A DNA stretch of 64,000 nt, taken from positions 1,632,001 to 1,696,000 of the forward strand of contig CAVYGB010000010.1 of the NCBI GenBank assembly GCA_963767925.1. The letters run 5' to 3'. Each line of letters starts with the position of its first letter. Position 1 is the first letter of the stretch. Both the position numbers and the translations under genes were made by a program. The notes beneath the pieces are model-generated. The model did no database searches. It was not told the origin of the DNA and saw only the letters and a program-made list of their open reading frames with translations. This document shows positions 48,764 through 61,209 of the stretch, in pieces. Origin of the DNA: an uncultured delta proteobacterium (lineage in GTDB: Bacteria; Myxococcota_A; Polyangia; Fen-1088).

Positions 48764-51243
48764 ATGTCTTTGTCCAGTGGCTTTTCCATCCATTCCACGC
48801 GCCACCTGGCGGTGGCTGCGTTGTTCCTGCTGGCCTCGGGACCGCTGTCGGGCTGTGGTGATTCACAGGTCGCCAACCGGCCGCAGACCACCGTCCAGCG
48901 CGACGCCGGCCCCCGGCCCGGCGGCCAGGGCGGGGGCAACCCCAGCGGCGTCGGTGGCTCGGGCGGATCCGGCGGATCCGGCGGATCCGTGAGCGCGCCC
49001 GGCGGCTCGGGAGACGGCGGCGGCGTGGCCGACGTCGGCGAGCCCGAGATCGACGCCCCCCCGGCCCCGCCGGCGCCCCCCGAGGGGGATGCCGGCCTCG
49101 TCCCCGATGCGCCCCCCGAGCCTGTCGAGCCCCCGCCTCCCCCCCCACCCCCCGCCTGCGTGGTGAACATGCCCTGCGACGTGATGGGTGGCGGCCAGGG
49201 CCTGTGCCGGGCCCCGACCTGTGCCGCCTGTAACGGGGCGGCCGACGACGCCGCCTGCGCCCGGACCTACGGTCCCAACACCATCTGCGCGATGGGCCGC
49301 TGCGTGACCCAGAACTGCGCCACCTCCCGCAACTGCTCGGCCGGCCAGCTCTGCGAGTCGACCGCCCGGCTCTGTCAGGCCTGCAGCGCCGACGGCCAGT
49401 GCAAGGCCGACCCGGTCTACGGGATGAACTTCATCTGCCTCAACGGCCGCTGCATCGACGGCGACTGCCGCGACTCCACTCAGTGCGCCCCCGGCAAGGT
49501 CTGTGGCGTCGCCATGCCGAACAACTGCGGCAACTGCGCCAACAACAACCAGTGCGCGGCCGACCCCCGCTACCGGGACCACGTCTGCGTGATGGGCTCC
49601 TGCGTGCCGGGCGATTGCCTCAACAGCACCCAGTGCAACGCCGCCAAGGACGGCCTGCTGTGCGGGGCCCAGATGCCCAACCGCTGCGGCACCTGCACCG
49701 CCAACGCCCAGTGCATGGCCGACGCCAAGTACCGCAACTCGCAGCGCACCACCTGCTTTCTGGGGGAGGGCCCCGACAAGGGCAAGTGCGTGAGCAACGC
49801 CTGCATGGCGGTCAACCAGCGCTGCCCCCAGAACCCGGCCACCTTCTGCTGCGCCAACGGCAACCAGCGGGCCTGCGTGACCGGTGACTGCTGCGACAGC
49901 ACCCAGTGCGGCGGCGGCCAGATCTGCGTGGCCAACACGTGCACCGCCGCCGGCCTGGGCTGCGACGGCCCCATGGGCAACCAGATCGTCGTCGACCCGG
50001 TGGGCGGCCTCGACACAAGCACCGGCAGCGGCCGGGGCGGCGGCGCCGCGCGGGCCGACTGCGCGTTCCGCACCTTGACCCGGGCCCTGGCGGCCGCCCG
50101 CACCGGCGTCATCAACAACGGCACCATCACCATCGTGGGCCGCGGCGCCATGACCGAGCTGAAGACCGTGGGTGGCAGCGCCGCCGAGCCGGTCGAGGCT
50201 CTGCCGATCGCCGTCCCGGGGGGGGTTCGGATCACGACCGCCGGCGGCCCGATCCTGCTGCGCCTGACCCGGGCCAACACCGCCGGCTTCCGCATCGAGG
50301 GGGCCGCCGCCCTCGAGCCGGCCGGCAACGCCGCCCTCACCATCGACGGCGTCGGCAAGACCGGCGGCGCGGGCATCGAGGTGGTCAACGCCGGCAACAG
50401 CGAGCTGCGCCTGCAGAACCTCATCATCAAGGACACCGGGGACCACGGCATCAAGGTCGACTCGGCGGGGACCAACGTCCGCATCCTCCAGAACGTCCTC
50501 GTGAGCGGCGCGGGCAACGCCGGCGCGGTGGCCACCCGCCGCAGCGGCCTGCTGATCGCGGCCGGGCGGGCGACCATCGACCTGCAGGGCAACCAGCCCC
50601 CCACCGCCTTCACCGGCAACACCGGGGCGGGCATCAGCATCACCGGCGGGGGCGGCCTGGAGGTCCTCGGCAACCCGGCGAACAACGCCCGCAGCGGCCA
50701 GGGCACGGTTGTCGTGCGCGACAACAACGCGGTCGGCGAGCAACCGGCCGGCATCTTCATCGCCCAGAACGCCAACGCCAACGCGGTCCGGCTCACGGGC
50801 ATCGTGATCTTCGGGCAGGCCCAGGGGGCAGGCATCAAGGTGGTCAGCGGGTCGAACCTGCGGCTGCGCAACAGCGTGGTGCTCAACAACGGCACGGGCG
50901 TGCTGCTCGCGGGGGCCAACGGGGCGCAGGACTTCACCCGGGTCGACCTCGGGGCGCTGGGCGAGCCGGGGGAAACGTCCTCCAGGATCGCGGGGGCGGG
51001 TCGGTGCCGAATCGGAGCGGTGGGATCTGCTTCGAAGAGCTGGGGAATGCGCCGATCGCGGTGCCGATCCGGGCGCAGGGGAATCGGTTCGCCAATAATG
51101 CAAACTGTGCGCAGATGGCGGCGCAGCTCGTGGTGAACCCGGTTTGCCAGGGGGGCGTCGACCTCGGACTGCCGGCGAACGTTCAGGTCGACACGGCGAT
51201 GTGCGTGCAGATGGCCCCGCCGGCACCCCCGGCCGCGCTCTGA
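48764..51243 (+). CDS. Large lipoprotein with Cys-rich repeats and a right-handed beta-helix-like region; frameshift near 50975
   Basis: GGAGGAGG RBS, lipobox LSGC, repeated C..GDC..STQC units, Asn/Gly-rich beta repeats; plausible C-terminus in the frame ending 51243. Confidence 0.75.
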
Positions 51244-51252
51244 TCGATCGCC

Positions 51253-51349
51253 GGGTCTGTCGGGGGACCCATCCGGTCCCTCGACAGACGTCGGCGACTT
51301 CGTCAGGCTCGTTCCGTTCCCGATTTCCGGCCGCGGGAGGCCCGCCGCG
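51253..51349 (+). repeat. ~95-bp hairpin-containing repeat (inverted partner at 54727-54817)
   Basis: GGGTCTGTCGGGGG..CC....GGTCCCTCGACAGACG..GGCGACTT.GTCAGG.CTCGTT shared by both copies. Confidence 0.8.
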
Positions 51350-51407
51350 CTACCCCACCAGCTCTAGCTGCAGTTTGTCGGGAGATTCGGGCGCTTTTCC
51401 CGGTGCT

Positions 51408-51615
51408 GTCGGGTAGCCCGGGGCAGTTACCCACCCCGGGCCCCCACCGGAACCGGACAAGGAGATTTCCACCATCCGGCTCTTCCGCCGAGACGTCTCA
51501 CGTCAGCTTTGCCCAGAGCTGAACTTTCAGCCGTGGGCGCGGCAGCGGGAATGCTCGAAGAAGGTCCCCGAAGCGCTGCCAGTTCAGGCGCGTGCGGTTG
51601 CTCCGGCTGCGCGAC
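51408..51615 (-). mobile_element. Group II intron 3' remnant (maturase C-terminus, domains V and VI)
   Basis: Minus strand: RSNRTRLNWQRFGDLLRAFPLPRPRLKVQLWAKLT* (stop 51498), then GAGCCGGATGGTGGAAATCTCCTTGTCCGGTTC (DV) and a DVI stem ending CTACCCGAC. Confidence 0.88.
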
Positions 51616-51783
51616 CCTGCGCACCATCTACACCGCCGCCAACGTCGCCGATGCCCTGACCGCCCTCGACGCCTTCGAGGCCCTCTGGGGCCGCCGCTTC
51701 CCCATGATCGGGAAGTCCTGGCGAGCCCGCTGGAGCGAAGGCTCCCCCTTCCTCGACTACCCGCCGGAGATTCGCAAGGCTAA
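51616..51783 (+). mobile_element. IS256-family transposase internal fragment
   Basis: LRTIYTAANVADALTALDAFEALWGRRFPMIGKSWRARW...PFLDYPPEIRKA. Confidence 0.82.
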
Positions 51784-52392
51784 GAGTGAGCCGCTGAAAC
51801 CTGTGAATTACGCACGAGAGGCAGCGTTGAAGGCAATCAGCGCACAGGCGAGCCGAACGAAGGCTAAGTAATTCTCGGCTTTGCGTTCCCAGCGGATGAG
51901 AAGACCTCGATATCGGTTGTGCCAGCTGTTGGTGCGCTCGACCACCCAGCGTCGCGGCCTACCGTGAACACAGCCGACCAGTGGTGGTTCGCCTCGCCGG
52001 CGGATGTGAGGAACGATTCGACGGCGGCGAACCTCCTGCTCACAGTCGGCGTAGTCGTAGCCTTTGTCGAGGCACAAGTTCTTGGGGCGACGTGGACCAC
52101 GAGGGCCCCGCAGGACCAGGGCATCCAGGGTCTGGCCCACCATCCACTTGTCGTGCACGTTCGCCCCTGTGATGGTGACGGTTTCGTGTCCGTGTGTGGT
52201 GAGCGTGTTCGGCCCGCGGGCCTCGGCTCGCGTGATTTACGCGCACCGAGAGCCGCCTGGCCGCTCAACGCTCGCCCCACACGAACTCGAACACGAACAC
52301 GCGCTCGAACACGCCCACGAGCACGCGTCCCGGCCTCGATACCTCGTTTCGCCCATCGGCGCAAATTCTCCACAGGTTTCAGCGGCTGGCTC
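51784..52392 (-). mobile_element. Internally deleted IS5-family element with both terminal inverted repeats
   Basis: 22-bp IRs at 51784-51805 and 52371-52392 (2 mismatches); transposase C-half at 51808-52180 with GANVHD, DKGYD and RWVVERTNSW...R..RWER. Confidence 0.85.
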
Positions 52393-52520
52393 TATGTCGG
52401 CCTGGCCGGAAACTCGCCGCTTTACAGAGATATCGTTCCAGGTGATGCCAATTCGACGATCGCCGCCATGATCAAAGACCGCCAGCGGCGCGCGGATATC
52501 ATTGTCAACCGCGGTGGTCG

Positions 52521-53098
52521 ATGACTCAATATTCCACCTGCAATCTTGGCTGCATGGCCCAGGACGCTATCCCCGTGAGCCGCGTTCTTCTGGCAATGGC
52601 GTTCGCGACGCTATTTGGCGTCTCTGGGTACTGGGTGGGCGGAGACGGTGGGCCTTCGAATGGAGACGAGGCGGCAGCTCTGGCCGCATCTAGCGCCGTC
52701 GACACGGGTTCCTTATCGCCACGGCATTTGCGCCAAAGGCGGGACCACAATCACCATTTCCTGTCGCCCGCGGCGCCTGGCGCTATCGAATTGCCTAGAC
52801 TCGGGTCACTGAGTTCCAGGTAAGTGTCCACGTCCGCATCCATTCAGGGCTATTTTTGATCTCGGGCATTTCAGACATTCAAGTTCGCCGTGGCGCGCCG
52901 ATTGACTCGAGAGCGAGTCGTTGCATCTCCGATCTCTTCGCCCGCCCGATCGAGATCGCCAAAACGATTCCGCCTGGTGCCAATCCAGGAAAAGCTTCAG
53001 GCGCTGTGCCGTTGAGATCGTGGGCTCGTTTGGACGGTACCGACGGGACGGTAGCGGCCATCGTAAAGTTCACGGACAAGCCCGACTGTGCGCAGTGA
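52521..53098 (+). pseudogene. Possible degenerate hypothetical gene in a lower-GC segment
   Basis: Two short ORF pieces, the first with a hydrophobic N-terminal segment; no recognisable family. Confidence 0.25.
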
Positions 53099-54545
53099 GC
53101 TTGTCGACGCTCCGGGGCTCGACCGCTTCGAGTGCCTGCGGCGCTTGAGGCTCTGCATCCCGGTCGCCCTCGTTCTGTCGATCGCGTGGGCGCCTGCCCG
53201 CGCGGGCGCGGCGCCCGGAGTGGATCCGGCGTTTCGACGCCTCAGCCTGGCGGCGCTGGGTCAGATGTGGGGACTTGTTCGTTTCCACCATCCCTGCGCC
53301 TCGATGCGCCCGGACCTGTGGGACCAGGCGCTGGTCGCCGCGCTCCCGCTGGCCGAGCGCGCTCGAGACGACGAGGATGTCGTCGAGGCGTACCGGGTCA
53401 TGCTGGGCCACCTCGAGGATCCTCTGACCCGCGTGGTCCGCACCGATGCGCCCGCGACAGCCGCGCCGCCGCCGGGCGAGCTGTTCGCAGCCCGGCGTCG
53501 CACGATCTTGGTCGTGGACCTGAGCCAGCCGATGTCTCAGGCCGCCTGGCAAACCCGGATCGAGGAGATCCGGGGCGCCATGCAGACCGCAACGGCGGTC
53601 ATTTTCGACCTGCGGAGTGTGCCCAGCTTCGCCGACCTCCTGGTTGCCATGTACCTCGATATGCTCATCCCCGACCTGCTGGCGCGCGATGTGGCCCTGC
53701 CCAGCTCGCGGGCGCCCCTGCACATCGGCTACCGGTCGCAGACGCTGGCGAGCGTGGTGGGGGAATCGGCGTTCGTCACGACACCGTCCGGGCGCCTGCT
53801 GGCCCGCCCGGGCACGCAGAGACGGCGGGTAGCGTTCGTACTGGGACCTCATTCGGGCGTGCCGAGGCTCGCTCTCGCGCTGCAAGCGAGCGGCGACGGA
53901 CTGGTGATCGCCCAGGGCGTCGATGTCGAGGAGCGGATGGTCACCACCAGCGTGCCGGTCAGCGGCACACCGTACGCGGTCCAGATGCGCGTGCGTGAGG
54001 TCGCCTCCGCCGATGGGCGCAAGGTGGGGGCAGACGTTTCGTTGCCGGCCGATGCTCCACGTGAACGTGCGCTCACCCTGGCCACCCGCTGGTTCGCCGG
54101 CGGGGCGGTGGCCGTTCCAGGCCCGCGCGCCCCAATCCCGTGTCGCCCTGGCCACGCCGGTCCGGCAGGCTGACCCGGCCTACGACGAGGAGGCCGGGCC
54201 TGGGCGCGAACACCGCCTGCTGGCGCTGTTCAGGCTCTCGGCCGTGCTCGCGCGGTTTTTTTCCCTACCTGGGACTGCTGGACAAGCCGTGGGCCGAAGT
54301 CGTCGACGGTTCATCCCGCGCCTCGAGGCGGCGGACGGTCGGCGCAGCTACGAGCTGACGTTGCTCGAGCTCGTGGCTCACCTCGGCGACGGCACGTCGC
54401 GGTGACCGGCGGCAAGGAGATCGACCGCGAGCTCGGCAACGCCCTGCCCCCGCTGGTCACCCAGATGATCGAGGGACGCGCGGTTGTGACCGGCCTGCGC
54501 GACGGCCAGGCGACGGGCTCGACCGGTATCAAGGTAGCACCCTCA
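53088..54545 (+). pseudogene. Degenerate S41-peptidase-like exported protein, N-terminal part only
   Basis: LAALGQMWGLVRFHHP, then after frameshifts HRLLALFRL...FFPY...W and LVAHLGD; no catalytic domain; ends at a repeat element. Confidence 0.55.
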
Positions 54546-54677
54546 CTGAGGCGAGTGGAGGCGTGCAACTCGCGTCTGCGCGAGCTTGCCAACGCCGACA
54601 GAGGGCCAGCGCGAAGCGCGTAAGGCCCGGCGAGCCGAAGGGAGGGACCTTCCCCTCCGAAGCGCAGCGGGCCTCAC
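54546..54677 (-). repeat. ~135-bp dispersed element, copy 2
   Basis: Reverse complement aligns with 26698-26830. Confidence 0.85.
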
Positions 54678-54726
54678 CGACCGAGTCTCCGCCCACCGCT
54701 TCAACAACACCGCTTCCGGCCGAGCC

Positions 54727-54817
54727 GCAGCGGGCGTCCCGGAACGGGAACGGGAACGAGTCCTGACCAAGTCGCCAGCCGTCTGTCGAGGGACCTCGGT
54801 GGCCCCCCGACAGACCC
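54727..54817 (-). repeat. Inverted partner of the 51253-51349 repeat
   Basis: Reverse complement GGGTCTGTCGGGGGGCCACCGAGGTCCCTCGACAGACGG... Confidence 0.8.
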
Positions 54818-54955
54818 AGCTCCGCGCCGCTAGAGCCGGCTTCAGCTTGTGGTTTCCCGACGGGCCGTCGCTCTCGCCGGCTCAGGTCGCCGGGGGCGGA
54901 CGGCCGCCGTGACGTGGAGGTGTCTGGCCGGCAAATGGGGTGGGGCCGGGGAGGG

Positions 54956-57828
<2,873 letters not shown>

Positions 57829-57839
<11 letters not shown>

Positions 57840-58743
57840 GGGTCACCTCGTACTGCGCACCCGGCAGCCGGCGGACCTGGCCCGCCAGCTCAGCCTGGCT
57901 GAGCAAGCTCATCACCTCACCCAGCGGCAACGCCAGCCGGCGCGCCACGTCCTGGGCGTGAACCGCTCCCGCTTCCAGGGCGGCCAGCAGCGGTGAAAAT
58001 GGACCCACCGGCTCCGCGGGGAGCGGCGGGATGGCCGGCGGTCGGCCGGCCAGGTGGTCGAGGACGTCCTGGACCACCTCGGGCCCGCCGCGCACCCGAC
58101 CGGCCTGCCCGCTCTGCAGCAGGCGGTCGGTCCCCGGGCTACCCGGAACGGCGAGCACCGGAACGCCGAGCAGCCGCCCCCAGCGGGCGGTGCTGAGGGC
58201 CCCCGATCGGAGCCCCGCTTCGATGACGACCACGGCGTCGGCCAAGGCGGAGATGACCCCGTTGCGGGCGGGAAAGTTTCCTGCGCGGGGCGGCGTGCCC
58301 GGCGGATAGGTCGACAGCAGCCCCCCGGAGACGGCGATGCGCTCGAACAGGTCGGCGTGGCGATCGGGATAAGTCACATCCAACCCGCAGCCGAACACGG
58401 CGAAGGTGGCTGCTCCCACCTCCAGTGCCCCCTCGTGGGCGGCGGCGTCAATGCCGTAGGCGCCGCCCGAGACGATGGCGTGGCCCTGCCGGCCCAGCCC
58501 GCGAGCCAGACCTGCCGCCAGCGCGCAGCCCTCCCGGGAGGCCGCCCGGGCGCCTACCACCGCCACGATCCGCTCGGCCGGCGGCAACGCGCCGCGCACG
58601 TAAAGGCAAGGCGGGGGCGTCGACATCCGAGCGGCGAGCCGCGTGGGGTAGGTCGAGTCATGAAGAAGCGCCGACGAGACGGGGGGTTGGGGCATCCAGG
58701 CCGTTCTCGGCACGGTCGCGTCCAGGTTGTCCACCACCGTCAT
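57829..58743 (-). CDS. dprA: DNA-processing protein DprA
   Basis: [32 protein letters not shown] and SGALSTA; adjacent to topA. Confidence 0.93.
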
Positions 58744-58846
58744 GGCGAAGGGAAGCAGATAGCGCCGCCGCGGAGGGCCGTCAAGGGCGCCGGGTTTAAA
58801 TCGAGTAAAACCGAATACTTACACCATCGACCCCGCCGCCCCGCGA

Positions 58847-60100
58847 TCAGTGACCCTTGCGCAGCTCCGCAATCTCACCGATCCGCAGCTCCTTTGTCGA
58901 CCGGGCGACCCAGGCTACCGAGACCGAATCGCGGACGTCCATCACCCACAGCTCGGCCACCACCTCCTTGGGGAAGCGGAGGTCCGGTTTGGCCCATCCC
59001 TCCATCAAGGGGCGGTAGCCGTCGCCGCGACGCACCACGAAGATGCGGTTGCCGATCGCGAGCCCGTCCTTGACGCCTCGCGAGAGGACGACGAAGTTCT
59101 CCGCCGACAGCAACATGGTGGGCGAGAAGGAGGCCAGGATGCGCGCCTCCAGGTTGGCCACCGCCGGCCGGGGCTCGATGCTCTTGAACAGCCGCACCTT
59201 CGGGCTGACCGCGTAGCCCCGCTCGACCGGCTCGACAAGGTCGACCAGGGTGCCGCGGGCCATGTTCTTCTCGGTGATCTGGTCGACGACGATGTCGCCG
59301 TAGACCCGCACGAGGTACCCCAGCACGGCGCCGGTCTCGGGCGCGCGGATCGGGTTCTGGGTGTCGGCGACGAAGACCGAGTAGCGCTCGCCCGCCCGCA
59401 GCGGCTTCGTCTTGTCGAAGGCGATGTAGGCCTGGTCGCCGCTGGCGAGCATGATCTTCTCCTCGCGCGACCCGTTGAGGCGGGCGCTCTCGGCCAGGGC
59501 GTCCTTGTCGATGAACCCCGCCTCGCGCACCACCACCGGCTGGGCGTTCGCCCGCCCCGCGATGCGCGTGCCACCGCTGCGGGGAGCCGGGGAGCTGACG
59601 CTGGCCCCCGGCCGGCCCGAGCGCAACCGCAACACATCGCCCGGGAAGATCCAGTGGGGGTTGGTCACTTGCGGGTTCTCGGACCAGAGCCGCGGCCAGC
59701 AGGTGGGGTCGGCGAAGTAACGCTCGCACACCCCGGACAGGGTCTCGCCCCGGCCGACCACGTGGGCCTCTGGCAGCGCGGCGCCCGCCCGGCCGCTGAT
59801 CGAGTGCTCGCCAATCACGAGCCCCGACTCCAGCCCGTAGATGCCGGCGTGGCCACCCGGCAAGGGCGCCGGGTGCACCTGCAGGCGGCGCACCGACTCG
59901 GAGGCCGGCTGGGCGGCGCTGGGTGGGCGTTCGAAGGAGACCGACGCCGGCGCCGCGGCGCCGGCCTCGATCGCCGCCACGTCGGGCAGGGGGGCATCCC
60001 CCGCCGTCGGCAGGCGCGGCTGCGCCGACACCATCACCGGCAGGCAGGCGCCCGCCGCCAGCAGCCCGGCGCCCAGTCGTCCTCGGCGAAACCTCCGCAT
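58847..60100 (-). CDS. LysM peptidoglycan-binding protein
   Basis: Signal peptide; HVVGRGETL...WPRLWSENPQVTNPHWIFPGD; usual position upstream of dprA. Confidence 0.85.
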   Translation of the reverse strand: MRRFRRGRLGAGLLAAGACLPVMVSAQPRLPTAGDAPLPDVAAIEAGAAAPASVSFERPPSAAQPASESVRRLQVHPAPLPGGHAGIYGLESGLVIGEHSISGRAGAALPEAHVVGRGETLSGVCERYFADPTCWPRLWSENPQVTNPHWIFPGDVLRLRSGRPGASVSSPAPRSGGTRIAGRANAQPVVVREAGFIDKDALAESARLNGSREEKIMLASGDQAYIAFDKTKPLRAGERYSVFVADTQNPIRAPETGAVLGYLVRVYGDIVVDQITEKNMARGTLVDLVEPVERGYAVSPKVRLFKSIEPRPAVANLEARILASFSPTMLLSAENFVVLSRGVKDGLAIGNRIFVVRRGDGYRPLMEGWAKPDLRFPKEVVAELWVMDVRDSVSVAWVARSTKELRIGEIAELRKGH

Positions 60101-61044
60101 CAGCGCGCCTCCTTGTGATCCTGCTCCAGCTCGGCCAGCTTCGCGGCCGCCAGCCCGGAGGCCGGGTGCCGCGGATAAGACTTCACCAGCTCGGTCAGCG
60201 CCTCCCGTCCGGGGCGGTTGCTGCCCAGGGCCAGGTAGGAGAACCCGAGCTTCAGCAGCGCATCGGGGACCTTGTTGCCGCGCGAGAACTTCTCGACCAC
60301 GCGCCGGAACTCGCGCAGGGCGGTCGAGTAGTCCCTCTGGGAGTAGAAGCACTCACCCAGCCAGTACTGGGCGTTGTCGGTCAGCTCGTGGTCGGGGTAG
60401 CGCTTCACGAAGGTCCGGAAGGCATCGACCGCCTGGCCGGTCGCGCCGGCCCGCAGGTGGTCGTAGGCGGTCTGATAGAGCGCCACCTCGGCGCTGCCCC
60501 GGGGCGCGCCCCGCTCGGCCGGCGGCTCGAACGACGCCTCGCTGGCCCGCTCGCCGGCGCTGGACGGCCGCTCGGGCGTGACCTCGGTCCGGGGATCGGA
60601 CTCGGCGCCGGGTCCCCACAGCCGCAACACCGGCCGGCGCGCCGACCGGGCCTCGGCGGCTGCCCCGGCATATTCGACCGCGGTCTCGTCGACAAGGCTG
60701 CGCGGCGACTCGGAGACGTCCGGCTGGGGCGTCTCCTGCCCCGGCTGCAGCTTGGTCTCCGGCAGGGCGGGCGGCGGTCCCGGCTCGGCCGGACGCGGCG
60801 GCTCGACCGAGCGGCGGGTGTCCAGCTCCGCCGACAGGACGAAGACCTGATTCTCGAGCTCCTCGATCTTGCGGGCGTAGGCTGTGTTCTGGGCCCGCAG
60901 GGAGGTGACGGTGCGAGCCAGCTCCGCCTCGGACGGCAGCGGCTTGCCGGTCGCGCAGCCCAGGACCTGGGTGGCGACCAGCGTGGCCAGAACCGACGTT
61001 TTGAGGGGGGTGGAGAGCATCGAGGCGCGCGCCAGCGTCCCCAT
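60100..61044 (-). CDS. cpoB: Tol-Pal-associated TPR protein CpoB/YbgF-like
   Basis: VLGC lipobox, coiled coil, DNAQYWLGE and KVPDALLKLG; start may be 61020. Confidence 0.85.
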   Translation of the reverse strand: MGTLARASMLSTPLKTSVLATLVATQVLGCATGKPLPSEAELARTVTSLRAQNTAYARKIEELENQVFVLSAELDTRRSVEPPRPAEPGPPPALPETKLQPGQETPQPDVSESPRSLVDETAVEYAGAAAEARSARRPVLRLWGPGAESDPRTEVTPERPSSAGERASEASFEPPAERGAPRGSAEVALYQTAYDHLRAGATGQAVDAFRTFVKRYPDHELTDNAQYWLGECFYSQRDYSTALREFRRVVEKFSRGNKVPDALLKLGFSYLALGSNRPGREALTELVKSYPRHPASGLAAAKLAELEQDHKEAR

Positions 61045-61209
61045 CCATCGGCGGATTCGACCCCTGCCCTGAAGCCGCGCCCCCCAACCGCCCCACCCCC
61101 ACCCACCTGACCCCCGCTCTCCCCCTCCCACCGGGGGCCTCCCCCCCGCGCCCCGCCCGTGCGACCGCTGACGGTATACTGCGGCCCCTCGCGCCCCCGA
61201 GCACCACCC

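Noticed and set aside
51408..51615. Retron, DGR or active RT system
   Set aside because: No RT catalytic domain in the window; only an intron 3' remnant
61075..61158. C-rich tract between cpoB and sppA as a defined element
   Set aside because: Low complexity without a regular unit; cannot be distinguished from compositional noise
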